Shown one piece after another: positions 23,513 through 33,728 of a stretch of 64,000 nt of DNA. The notes below the pieces were generated by a model. It was not told the origin of the DNA. It worked only from the letters and a program-made list of their open reading frames with translations, and did not search any database. The translations under genes and the position numbers were made by a program. Source of the DNA: Candidatus Bathyarchaeota archaeon (lineage in GTDB: Archaea > Thermoproteota > Bathyarchaeia > Bathyarchaeales > Bathycorpusculaceae); contig CAWFFH010000003.1 in assembly GCA_963815095.1 (NCBI GenBank), positions 1,312,001-1,376,000 of the forward strand, in the 5' to 3' direction. Within the stretch, counting starts at the first letter, position 1. The number at the start of each line of letters is the position of its first letter.

Positions 23513-24059
23513 AATGATACCTAAACAAACAAACCCTGCAACCAAAACATCATCCATATTCAAAGCCTCGCCCGCCATTCGAACCGCACGATTAGCCATA
23601 TTCTCCGCTCTTAGTGTAGTCGGCTCACTCATCAAGATTCCAAGTCCAATCGGAAGCCTTGCTTTCGACTCATTTCCAGGCTTCTTTGTTGCCTTGTTGT
23701 TCGGACCAACTGAAGGCGCAATTGTAAGCGGATTGGGGCACTTGGCTACAGCCGCAACAAGCGGTTTTCCCCTGGGCGTTCTGCACATTCCAATTGCTGT
23801 CGGTATGGCATTAGCGGCAGCTGCAATCGGCTTTCTAAACAAAGTGCATAAGTCCTTGGGAGTTATACCTGCACTAGCCGCGGGCGTTGCAATTAACACT
23901 GTTTTGGTCTTTCCTCTCGTGCCCTGGCTTGCCGAGGACATAAATATAGGCTGGTTAATCGCATTTGGATACGCGCCATTTCTTGTAGTTGCCGCAACAT
24001 TAAATGCCGTCCTCGCAGGCATCATCTACCTTGCAGTTAGAAGGAAATTGAAGATTTGA
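23513..24059 (+). CDS. cblT: ECF transporter S component, CblT-like alpha-ribazole transporter
   Basis: IKIPSPIGSLAFDSFPGFFVALLFG...GHLATAATSGFPLG; overlaps the CblS-like kinase gene; ORF track start 23379 probably too long. Confidence 0.7.
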
Positions 24060-24832
24060 CCAAAAATATCACACCGACCCTTTCTCAAATCAAAACCAAC
24101 AGGGACATTCTTCTTTTTGAGTTTGCACACGACGAAGTCCTTGTTGTAGCTTGCGACTCCGCTGGCGGCATAGGTCCAAGTCCGCTGGACAAGATAAAGG
24201 TGGATGGTTTCACTTTAGGAAAATTTACTGCCAGAACAGCTCTATTGGAAGTACTCGCTGTCAACGCCATGCCTTTCTGCATCGTCGATGCTTTGAGTGT
24301 AGCGCTCGATCCATCGGGCGCTGCCATTCTAAGCGGAATCAGAGCTGAAGCCGAAAAAGCAGGCTTGGATCCTAACCTCGCGGTGACGGGAAGCACAGAA
24401 AAAAACATAATCGTAGAGCAAACAGGCCTCGGTGTTACCGTCATCGGAATTTGCAGAAAAGGGCAATTGAAAATTGGCACCGCTCTTCCAGGCGATGTGG
24501 TTGTGGCAGTCGGCATCCCGTCAGTTGGGAACGAAGTTCTTCCAGCTGAGAAGGTAGGAAACATAGTAGGTTCCACGGACATACTTAAGCTCAGAGAATT
24601 GCCTTATGTTCATGAAGTGATTCCTGTGGGTTCAACGGGGATAGCTCATGAGCTAAAGATACTCGCCGAGAGTTCTAAGTTGAATTATACTGTTGCTAAA
24701 CAGCAGAAAGTGAACGTTCGCAAGTCGGCGGGTCCTGCGACAGTGGCTTTAGTGTGCCTTCCTGAAAGCGATCTTGCAAATCTAATGCGTATAGTCAATA
24801 AGCCTGTTAGTATCATTGGTCATTTGCATTAA
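24056..24832 (+). CDS. cblS: Alpha-ribazole kinase (AIR synthase/PurM-like fold)
   Basis: VACDSAGGIG, TGSTEKN, QTGLGVTVIG, EVIPVGSTGIAHE, KSAGPAT motifs. Confidence 0.75.
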   Translation: MTKNITPTLSQIKTNRDILLFEFAHDEVLVVACDSAGGIGPSPLDKIKVDGFTLGKFTARTALLEVLAVNAMPFCIVDALSVALDPSGAAILSGIRAEAEKAGLDPNLAVTGSTEKNIIVEQTGLGVTVIGICRKGQLKIGTALPGDVVVAVGIPSVGNEVLPAEKVGNIVGSTDILKLRELPYVHEVIPVGSTGIAHELKILAESSKLNYTVAKQQKVNVRKSAGPATVALVCLPESDLANLMRIVNKPVSIIGHLH

Positions 24833-24960
24833 GTTACCCAAGAAAAATGTCAAGCCATGTACTATCCTAAGGTAAGGCAAAAATAATCCTGCATGAAAGC
24901 CGTTAATTAGTTCTTAAGAAGATTAATCAGTTGTGATGACTTCTTGATATTTGAAGGTTA

Positions 24961-25050
24961 ATGAGTCGTTTTTATAAGCCGATGCTTGCCAAACCTATTT
25001 CTAAGCCTTTTTCTGGCGAATGATTGGATTTTTGAAATGAAGCGGGCTGG
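24961..25050 (+). pseudogene. ligD: LigD-type ATP-dependent DNA ligase, 5' remnant
   Basis: MSRFYKPMLAKPISKPFSG / DWIFEMKRAG matches PMLA...PF...DWIFE.KWDG with the catalytic motif decayed. Confidence 0.65.
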
Positions 25051-25278
25051 TTAAGTCTCTGTGGTTTTTCCGCTAATGCAATAATATGTTTGCTTTAGTC
25101 CGTATTTGGTGGCGACTGGACATGCAAGGCAAGGGCAAGAAACACTTTTTACTGGTTCTTTCGCTTTTCCTCTGGCACAGAAAAGTGTTCCAGTTAGATT
25201 AGAGTTTATGTAGGTTGGACAGGATGGGCATATGCAGCTTTTTTGGTTTTCTTCATTATCCGGTATTGAAATTGTCAT
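25051..25278 (-). CDS. DUF2769-like Cys-rich small protein
   Basis: CICPSCPTY...LFCARGK...CPCLACPV...YYC. Confidence 0.8.
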   Translation of the reverse strand: MTISIPDNEENQKSCICPSCPTYINSNLTGTLFCARGKAKEPVKSVSCPCLACPVATKYGLKQTYYCISGKTTET

Positions 25279-25306
25279 GTTAATCTCTCAAGTTTCTCTT
25301 TTTTTG

Positions 25307-25651
25307 TTATGAACACTCTCTGAATGTGTAGCCGCAGTTTGTACATCTTAGAAATTGAGTGGATGATTCATCGGCGCCTCTTGTCTGGACCTGCCAAGCA
25401 TAAGCATTGTTGTTCCCACACCTTAAACATGTAAACCTAATGGTTGGAAGAGTGCTAAGCTGTTTTTCTTTGTCTATTACTGAAACCATTTGTTTAGGAT
25501 TATGGGTTATAATTTTGCTATTGATTTTGGTTTCATTTGACTGGCTTGTTCTTTCTCCGCACTTATTGCAGGCTAGCACTAGCATTGTTTGTTTTCCTGA
25601 TTTGATCTTTTTGGGTTCAAGACGGGATCCGCATTCTTTACAAAAATCCAT
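25307..25651 (-). CDS. tfs: Transcription factor S (TFS/RpoM family)
   Basis: Two Zn ribbons; QVQTRGADESSTQFLRCTNCG with the acidic DE hairpin. Confidence 0.9.
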   Translation of the reverse strand: MDFCKECGSRLEPKKIKSGKQTMLVLACNKCGERTSQSNETKINSKIITHNPKQMVSVIDKEKQLSTLPTIRFTCLRCGNNNAYAWQVQTRGADESSTQFLRCTNCGYTFRECS

Positions 25652-26245
25652 TCAACCAACTCCTTTGATCTGAAATTGTCCTCGATTCATGGCATAAGGC
25701 TCATTGAAGAATAAGAAACAATGTGATAGTTATTGCACAACAACACAGCCTTAATTATTATATCGAGATAGATGCAACTCTCAACTTACTCCCCCAGCCT
25801 CTGCAAGAGATCAAAGACTTCATAGAAGAATCAGCAAAGCAATGCAACAAAACTGGAAGATATTCCGCTCAGCATAGCGAATCTGGAAGCGAAAGCGTTT
25901 CAGAGTCTCTATACATTCTCCTCTAAATAAAAATACTTCTCTTGCGCATAAGCAAGGGCCAACTCAGTATCGAGTATAATCTCTTTAAAGCATCTTCTCT
26001 CCCTAAAGACTCTGTCTTTGCAATTCCTTATCAAGACTCCACCGAGAGATTATTAATGCAGCAGTTAAATTAGGGCTGTAACTCTTTTTCCATATTCTTG
26101 CTAAAAATTAATTTCAAAACTGAGTTTTTGAAGGTTAATTGTCGTCGCCAAAGTCATTTTTTGGCTAGAGTATAAATAGTAAAAAAACAGCTAATAGGCT
26201 ATACATATACAAAATGTATTAAAAATTCGGAGAAAAAAAGAACAA

Positions 26246-28819
26246 ATGTTAAAAAATAAAACTATGGCTATTTTGATTGCTTTGCTTCTAACAATTTCAA
26301 TGTCAACTTCAATGATGCTAGTACCGAATACTAGCGCGCACACACCTCCATGGATAATAACTCCAGTTGCTTATGCTTTTGCGACACCCACACCCATTGG
26401 TGTTGGTCAAACAGGCGAAATTTTCGGCTGGCTCAACTATGCAATCAGTGGAACATTAATCACAAATAACATCAGATTCCACAACTACCACTTTATCGTT
26501 ACAGCACCAGACGGCTCAGTAGAAACATTTGATTTCCCATATGTCTCTGACTCAACATCTGCACAAGCCTTCACTTATACACCAACACAAGCTGGAGTCT
26601 ACAACATTACTTTCCTCTTCCCAGGCCAAGTATACGATTTTGGTGGCGCGTATCAAGGTGACTACTATACACCTGCCAATGCATCATACTTGTGGACTGT
26701 ACAGGAAGAACCAGTAAGCTCCCTTCCCCAAAATCCGCTTCCCACTGAATACTGGGCTCGACCAATAAATCAAGAACAAAACATCTTAAACGCTTTCTCT
26801 ATCGGATCAAACTGGCTAGGTGGAAACGCACAATCTTCAGGCTTAATGTCATTACCCCAAAGCTATATACAATACAACGGTGCTCCCGTCATGACTCCAC
26901 ACATAATGTGGACCCAACCCATCGAATTCGGCGGCGCACTCGGCGGACAAATCCAACAACCGCAACAAACAGCTGATACTCCTGGCGCATACTACTCAGG
27001 CATGGCATACAACATTCGATTCGTGAACCCAATGATTGTCAACGGAATCCTCTATTACCAAAAACCCTTGGGGTATTCTGGTAGTGGTGGAGGCGAAGTT
27101 GCGGTAGATTTGCAGACTGGAGAAACAGTTTGGACAAATGACAATATTTATCCAACTTTCGCAACTATAATCAACTTCCAAACACCTAACGGCTACGGTC
27201 CCGGCGGCGCCCAATTATGGCAAGCTTCAGGCTCAACATGGTATGGCTATAATGCATTCGATGGGAAAAACGTGTTTAACATCACCAACGTTCCTTCAGG
27301 CACCACGGTAAGATTCAATGACGGCAACATAGGCATATACCAATTCAGTTACAGTACAACAACAAAAACTGGCTGGTTAGCTTTATGGAATGTGAGCAGA
27401 TTAATCAGCGGTAACTCAGATACTTGGTCAGGTCCTAACCGTTCTTTTGCTGGCAATTCAAGCACTGCTTACAGTTGGAACGTGACAATAACTGCAGATT
27501 TGACAGGCGATACTAACCCAACGATTATCGGTGTTGTTCCTGGTGCCCAAATACTGGGAGCAAGCAGCAGTCTCGCAACTACTTCGCAACCTAGACCTAA
27601 CGCTGATCCATGGACAATCTGGGCTTTAAGCGACAATCCAGCTACAGAAGGTAACCTCACTTGGATAAAGCATTATGCTGCGCCACCGTTCAACCAAACA
27701 CAAATGTTCGCCACACAACCAATTGATCCAACAACACTTACGTTCGCAATGACAATAGCAGAGACAGGTCAACGTTTAGGATACAGCCTTACCACTGGAG
27801 AAAAACTGTGGGGTCCACTCGGTGAACAACCAGGATTCCAATACTACAGTTCACGTGAAGGTGTTCCATATAATGGACTCTTGTACGTGTCAGGTTTAGG
27901 TGGAGTAGTTCAAGCCTATTCGATGACTAACGGATCTTTGATATGGACATATGGCAACGGAGGCGTCCCAGGCAACACTACAGAAATGGCAAACAATGGA
28001 CCTTGGGGCTTATATCCAACCCACGTTGCAGTCTTCGCAGCTGGCGTGCTCTATACGTTCTCAGGTGAACACTCACCAACGAACCCATTGTACAATGGAG
28101 AATTGACACGTGCACTCAACGCAACTACTGGAGAAGAAATCTGGACACTGCTAGATTGGTCAGGTTGTGGACTTGGAAACTCGATGCAGTCTTTCCCTGT
28201 CGCTGATGGCTATGGAGTAATGTACAACTGCTATGACGGTCAAATATACGTCGTTGGAAAAGGACCCAGTCAAACTACTGTTACGGCACCTAATACTGCA
28301 GCAACTGTCGGTGCACCTATGGTGATAAGAGGTACAGTTACAGACATTTCAGTCGGCACAAAACAAACCCAACAATCTGCAAACTTCCCCAACGGTGTCC
28401 CAGTGGTTTCTGACGCAAACATGAGTCAGTTCATGGCAGCTGTCTATGAAGATCAACCGATGCCAAGCAATGTAATCGGAGTCCCAGTCTCAATCGGTGT
28501 ACTTGACTCTAATGGCAACTCAAGGGTAATCGGCACTGCTACTAGCGATTCAAGCGGTATGTTCTCTTTGACATGGATGCCAGATATTGCCGGTGATTAC
28601 AAGGTCTATGCAACATTTGCAGGCTCAAATGCTTACTTTGGATCTTCTGCTGAAACCTCATTGACCGCAACTAACGCACCAGCAACACAAACTCCAACCC
28701 CAAGCCCAATCCAATCAACAGCTGATCAATACTTCGTTCCAGCAATCGCAGGCATATTCGTTGCGTTGATAATCGTAATCATACTGAGTTCACTAGTACT
28801 GATGCGAAAACGCGCATAA
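26246..28819 (+). CDS. Secreted PQQ-binding-like beta-propeller repeat protein (paralog 3)
   Basis: AHTPPW, LPTEYW, VDLQTGETVW, EHSP, YFVPAIAG-TM-RKRA. Confidence 0.9.
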   Translation: MLKNKTMAILIALLLTISMSTSMMLVPNTSAHTPPWIITPVAYAFATPTPIGVGQTGEIFGWLNYAISGTLITNNIRFHNYHFIVTAPDGSVETFDFPYVSDSTSAQAFTYTPTQAGVYNITFLFPGQVYDFGGAYQGDYYTPANASYLWTVQEEPVSSLPQNPLPTEYWARPINQEQNILNAFSIGSNWLGGNAQSSGLMSLPQSYIQYNGAPVMTPHIMWTQPIEFGGALGGQIQQPQQTADTPGAYYSGMAYNIRFVNPMIVNGILYYQKPLGYSGSGGGEVAVDLQTGETVWTNDNIYPTFATIINFQTPNGYGPGGAQLWQASGSTWYGYNAFDGKNVFNITNVPSGTTVRFNDGNIGIYQFSYSTTTKTGWLALWNVSRLISGNSDTWSGPNRSFAGNSSTAYSWNVTITADLTGDTNPTIIGVVPGAQILGASSSLATTSQPRPNADPWTIWALSDNPATEGNLTWIKHYAAPPFNQTQMFATQPIDPTTLTFAMTIAETGQRLGYSLTTGEKLWGPLGEQPGFQYYSSREGVPYNGLLYVSGLGGVVQAYSMTNGSLIWTYGNGGVPGNTTEMANNGPWGLYPTHVAVFAAGVLYTFSGEHSPTNPLYNGELTRALNATTGEEIWTLLDWSGCGLGNSMQSFPVADGYGVMYNCYDGQIYVVGKGPSQTTVTAPNTAATVGAPMVIRGTVTDISVGTKQTQQSANFPNGVPVVSDANMSQFMAAVYEDQPMPSNVIGVPVSIGVLDSNGNSRVIGTATSDSSGMFSLTWMPDIAGDYKVYATFAGSNAYFGSSAETSLTATNAPATQTPTPSPIQSTADQYFVPAIAGIFVALIIVIILSSLVLMRKRA

Positions 28820-28874
28820 ATAAAACAACAAACAACTTCCCCATCCCTTTTTTTGGGATTAAAGAATTGCGTAA

Positions 28875-28975
28875 AATGAGGGCTGAGAAGGCTCTGGTTA
28901 AAATTCACAAAATAGCCAATAGAGAGTTTGCATTTTTTCTCTTCTCCAAATATTCCAGAGCCTCAGCAAACCTTA
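28875..28975. repeat. Intergenic stem-loop element
   Basis: GCTGAG-AA-GGCTCTGG ... CCAGAGCC-TCAGC terminal pairing; homolog at 20142-20232. Confidence 0.65.
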
Positions 28976-28989
28976 ATGAAAAAAGCAAA

Positions 28990-29310
28990 TCAGAGGTATC
29001 GAAAGGAAACGCTGTTTTGCTTAAGAAGTTGTAGGCGTTTTCCTATTTCTGTTTTTATTTCATAATCGCTTTCTTTAGACAAAGCTTTGGATAATAGTTT
29101 TTTTGCTAAAGGTATGCTTTCTTCACCGAACATTTTTCTAAAAGTAGAGTGACCAGAATGCAATGACTGAGACAATGGCAATACACAAACAAAATTCATC
29201 GGGTACTCCTTGGATTTATCTGAGTCGACAACCACAAAATGTACTTCTGTTTTCGGGTAGTCAAGTCTTCCAACTTCTTTTTTAAATAGAATCAAATGCG
29301 GCTTCATCAA
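28990..29310 (-). CDS. Hypothetical protein
   Basis: 106-aa intact ORF with protein-like composition (FVVVDSDKSKEYPMNFVCVLP). Confidence 0.65.
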   Translation of the reverse strand: MMKPHLILFKKEVGRLDYPKTEVHFVVVDSDKSKEYPMNFVCVLPLSQSLHSGHSTFRKMFGEESIPLAKKLLSKALSKESDYEIKTEIGKRLQLLKQNSVSFRYL

Positions 29311-29946
29311 ACTACTTCCGTTAAAAAGAATAACTTATGTTCGGTAATTGGAGCTTATTTTCTTAACGACACAATATGTGTCAATCAAAAAACATGAAAC
29401 ACTTCGTATTTAGACAGAAATGTGTAAACTCACCATCGTCCTAATGGTTAAGACAGCGAAATAGTCATGCTTTTTAAGAATTATTTATAAACTAAGATAA
29501 AAATGTGCCTTGGTTTTAGGGTTGAGAGACTTTATGCTAAGATGTGGATCCATGGCATGTCGATTAATAGCCAATCGACACCATCAAGTTCCTTGATGTC
29601 GCTATTTCGGGGAATTTAAGAATAACAGTTTTTTACATAGGACTGGAATGGTTACTTGTTATTTTAATTGTAGTCTACATCCTATCGAGGTTACTTCTGA
29701 AGTATTAGTTGATTTTACGCTATTCTGGGTAAAGACGCTGCAATTCTCGAAGCATCAGCTGAATTCTCTTCCTTTATCCTTAAGCGAAGTGTGGCTCCAA
29801 ACATTTCTAACTGGATTGTTGTGCAATGACATTTTGGTAGGCAGAAAGAAAGAGATAAGCGGAAAGTCTTATCATGTCACCTACAAGAATTAGTCTCGCG
29901 CGCTAATGCGAATGATCTCAAGAAAAATGGCGATTATAAAACCATA

Positions 29947-31228
29947 TCAAAATATTCGCGCTCTTTTAGCACTGATCTGGCTAACTGGTATTAATGGCAA
30001 AGAATATCTCAGGGCATCGACGGCATGGTCATGCTCTTTAACATCTTCTTTGTACTCTAACAATTCACTTATCAAATTTACACAACGCTTACTAACAAAT
30101 TGCCTTGGTTGCCCATCACCGCTCGGAGCCAAGCGGCTGCCAAGTTCACGTATCCCATCCTCACGCCTAAAAGTATACCGCTTCGCATTAATTCCTACCT
30201 GGCAAAGCTTACTAATCGCCTGCGGAAACCTTCCATCACAAAAAAACTCGCCCCTGCCCCATTCCTTTTGAATCTCCAATGCAGCTTCAGCCAGTTCTTC
30301 ATCGCTTGTCTCTGATTTATAAAATTCATCCACAACGTATCCCCGTCCATCTGGATCAAAAGCATTCGCAACTATAGCCGAGGGGTTGCTCCACCCAAAA
30401 TCGACGCCATAACTCATTTTATTAATCAAGCCCTTATCTGGCAATTCCTTAACATGTTTAGTGGTGTCAAAGGGAAATGATCCTGACGACACTGTTGCAA
30501 AGCGCCCATAGATGAATCGGTCTGCAAGACCTCCACTATGTGTCCTCTCAATTTCATCTATAAAGCTCTTGGGAAGCGTGGGGTTTTGGAATATACTCCA
30601 ACGATAAATTTTCATGTCCTTCGAAGCTTGCTGAGGATTCTCTGTAATATTGTACAATGCGCTCCCTGGAGAATCAGGTGTAGTTGTTAACCAAACCCCC
30701 GGCTCAATCGCAACACGGCACCGCCCAGACTTACGCAACCGCCGCACCACCGTTAACCAAGCAGCATCCAGATGCCTAACAAGCCTGGCCTCATCGATGT
30801 GTGCATAATCAATGTTTGGTCCCTCAGCGTTCTCAGCATCATCAAGAGAAACAAACCACCATTGTGAACCATTAAACCAATCCAAACGCAAATCGCCACG
30901 GTTGAAATTGGCGACATATGGGTTACTTGTAAACGGATAGCGGCAATCAAAAAAATCTTTGCTCTCAAGGGTTGGAAAAAGAATCCGCTTCATCATAGGA
31001 AAGCTCGGTTCGAATATGTATCCAACGCTACCGGGATAATCAAGCGCCCAACGTACATCCTCAAATAATCCTGCCTTAGTCTTACCTGCTCCAGTACCGC
31101 ATAGACATGCACGTTGACTAAAGATGCCCCTACCCGCATGAAAATCAAGCTGAGCAGGGATGCGGCGTGTAATAAAAGCGGTTAGGCAGCTGGTTTTTCA
31201 TCGGGTTCTCGTTTGGTATCTTCTTCAT
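29947..31228 (-). CDS. terL: Phage terminase large subunit (one frameshift near 31157)
   Basis: Manual 5' extension gives YYTPHP/AQLDFH...CGTGAGKT (Walker A); HIDEAR (Walker B), LTTTP coupling motif, GVDFGWSNP and HDHAVDALRY nuclease motifs. Confidence 0.85.
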
Positions 31229-31720
31229 TTTTCCCCTCACTCTTCAGGTTACTCTTAACCTGGGCTTCTTTCTCAGCTTTCTGTTTTTCAACTGAACTTC
31301 GATATGCCGCCATAATATCGGGGTTAGCCTCAAACGGCAACCTAACGCTGGTTGTTTGACTGACCTCTCGCGCTTGCCCACCCAGCTCCAAGATCGGTTA
31401 CCTAGATCTATCTGCACCTTCACAATAGCCAACGCAGCGGCTCGTGCTTGATGCTTATCCTTTTCATGTTTAGAACTAAGCAGCAACCTCCATGGCATCA
31501 CGATAAAGTATACTCAACTTCCCGGCACTTACAGGAGGGTTAAACTCAAATTTCAAAAAATTCCTCCCCCCATATGTCGATGTTTTTAAGTCCCTATGAA
31601 TCGCTTCTTTCACTGCGTTTGAACTCATCGCTGACATAAGCAACTACACTTGCTACACTATTGCACGTCGCCAAGCAAGGCTAAAGTTCTTCTTCGACGG
31701 TTGTACAATTTAATATTCAT
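31182..31720 (-). pseudogene. Putative terminase small subunit-like helical protein (several frameshifts)
   Basis: Directly upstream of and overlapping terL; fragments MNIKLYNRRRRTLALL.., ORF 31244-31501, ORF 31182-31391. Call rests mainly on position. Confidence 0.4.
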
Positions 31721-31789
31721 CTTCAATCAACAATTCCGAGTTTGCTCGATTCGCTTTTTAAATTTATCGATGCACTCGCCAAACTAAAG

Positions 31790-32338
31790 TCACTCAATCC
31801 TTAGCTGCCCAATCCCTCTACAATCACCATCTATGACCAACTGAAAATTTATCACATAAGGCGCAACCAAGGCCGCAAACTTGGGCTTGTAGCTTAACGC
31901 ATTTTTTCCCATGTTGAATGCATCCACATCGATTTTCACCAGAAGCTTGTGGCATTCACGGCGCACACCGGATCTTTTAGTGTTTGCCAACAGATGATTG
32001 ATTCGCTTCGCCTGCTCAACCGGACTCAACCCCTCAAGCTGCCTCATCAACTGCAACCGCTCCTCCTCAGAAGCAGCACGGGCACAACGCTCAAACCTAC
32101 GCTTAATCGTCTCCCCCAGCTTCACCAAATCACGCTCCACCGTGCGAGTGCTAACCCCCAACTCCGATGCAATCCTACCAGTACCCCAATCCTTCAACCA
32201 CAAATCCAAAACCCTCATTCGACGGGTCTTCTCACGCTTCGTCTGCGACGGACTTTTTATGTACTCGTTTATGCGTCGGTACTCTGCTCTGCGTTTGATG
32301 TTACTGTGTTTATTTGTATCAAAAACTCTCCCAGACAC
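31790..32338 (-). CDS. HTH DNA-binding protein
   Basis: RIASELGVSTRTVERDL HTH; likely GTG start 32338 (ORF track 32374). Confidence 0.75.
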   Translation of the reverse strand: MSGRVFDTNKHSNIKRRAEYRRINEYIKSPSQTKREKTRRMRVLDLWLKDWGTGRIASELGVSTRTVERDLVKLGETIKRRFERCARAASEEERLQLMRQLEGLSPVEQAKRINHLLANTKRSGVRRECHKLLVKIDVDAFNMGKNALSYKPKFAALVAPYVINFQLVIDGDCRGIGQLRIE

Positions 32339-32671
32339 GACAAAACACCTCCAAAACAGGCCAAAACACGCCAAAAAACGACAAAATATGCAACCGAAAA
32401 AACCCCAAAAACAACCTCTTCACCAAAAACCACCCCAAACCAGCCATATCACCCACACCTAAACCCCATTTGCAACGTGCATATTCATCTTAAATTGGAA
32501 CAATCCGCCATATTTCACCAAACAAAATATAACACTTCACATATCAAAACACAACTTTTTGTCGCACACAAAAAACCCAAAAAAAAACACATTTACCCAA
32601 CCAAAATCGCCAAAATGGCAATCAGGCCCTTTGTTTCATCACCAATAAGTGCTGTTTGTATTGGAAACTGG

Positions 32672-33010
32672 CTATTCCTCTTCTAATAGCTTCTGAAGCA
32701 GTACCTTGATAGGTGGTAACTCAAAATTTGCAGTATCCCACATTTCCTTGAATTCTACCTTGGGATATTCGTGTGCAATAAAATTACGTGCCAGCTTCAT
32801 TCTTGCCCATGGAATTTGTCGATATTTTAGTTTAATTTCCAATGGAACCAATTTTACGTTTTCCCCTATAAGAATTAGATTCATTGATACGGCTTTTACC
32901 GCCATTTTATTTTCCAAAAAACCCTCATAAGTTAAGCCTTTCGTAAATTCCTCAATTTCACAAATACACTCAAGGATCTGATTCACATAGACCCGAAAGT
33001 CCTTTTTCAT
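32672..33010 (-). CDS. hepT: HEPN ribonuclease toxin (HepT/DUF86)
   Basis: IGENVK...IPW...RNFIAHEY. Confidence 0.88.
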   Translation of the reverse strand: MKKDFRVYVNQILECICEIEEFTKGLTYEGFLENKMAVKAVSMNLILIGENVKLVPLEIKLKYRQIPWARMKLARNFIAHEYPKVEFKEMWDTANFELPPIKVLLQKLLEEE

Positions 33011-33300
33011 ACCTGCACAGTCTCACTCAATATTTGCTCTTTTATCATAGGAAGCAGAGCGCCTTTTTGAACCAAATCTACTTTCACACCTAACTTTTTC
33101 TTTATGAAACCCTCAACCTCAATAAATCGATAAATACCAATTGGCTCTGAAAACGTGACCAAAAGGTCTAAGTCGCTTTTTTCCGTTTGTTCCCCGCGAG
33201 AATAGGATCCGAATATGCCGATGGTTTCAACCTTGTAACAGGCCTCAAGCATCGGTTTGATGGCTTCAAGTTTAGATTTGATCTCTTCAAGAGTCTTCAT
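33007..33300 (-). CDS. mntA: Minimal nucleotidyltransferase antitoxin
   Basis: FGSYSRGEQTEKSDLDLL; start MKTLEEIK at 33300. Confidence 0.9.
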   Translation of the reverse strand: MKTLEEIKSKLEAIKPMLEACYKVETIGIFGSYSRGEQTEKSDLDLLVTFSEPIGIYRFIEVEGFIKKKLGVKVDLVQKGALLPMIKEQILSETVQV

Positions 33301-33728
33301 TCTCTTCGTTCCTGTTACATAAGTAAAACCAATATCGAATATTTGTTTTTCTTCTTTTTTTCTCAGATTGATACCTTTATGTTGGTCATTTTGTACTGCG
33401 TTGCTTCGCAAAATCCTACCTCAAATCTTATGCGTGCGTTAGCACAATGCGGATTCTTTTGTTAGGCACACCGAGTAAAACAAAGAGAAAGCTTAGGAAT
33501 TTCTAAGTTCATGCTGGCTTGTTGCCGAGAAAACCAATAAATAAAACCACAGAAACATAAAAGCTGCATTGCAATAACAACAGACGCCCAAATGCAATAG
33601 AAAACTCTTAGCAATCAATGACGCTACAATTAAGGAATATAGTATTTTGCGAGAGCTACAAGTTCAGAGAATATTTATATTAGGCTTCATTGTTTAACTG
33701 CAAGGAAAAACCAAAGGATTAGAGCAAC

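Noticed and set aside
29430-29470. tRNA-like 5' half (CCATCGTCCTAATGGTTAAGACA) as an att site of the terminase module
   Set aside because: D-arm resemblance only; no anticodon arm, T-arm or partner copy
31949-32686. Long plus-strand ORFs opposite the HTH gene and other antisense ORFs (e.g. 23447-24025, 24085-24582, 60839-61315)
   Set aside because: Shadows of well-supported genes or products of C/A-skewed low-complexity sequence; no motifs
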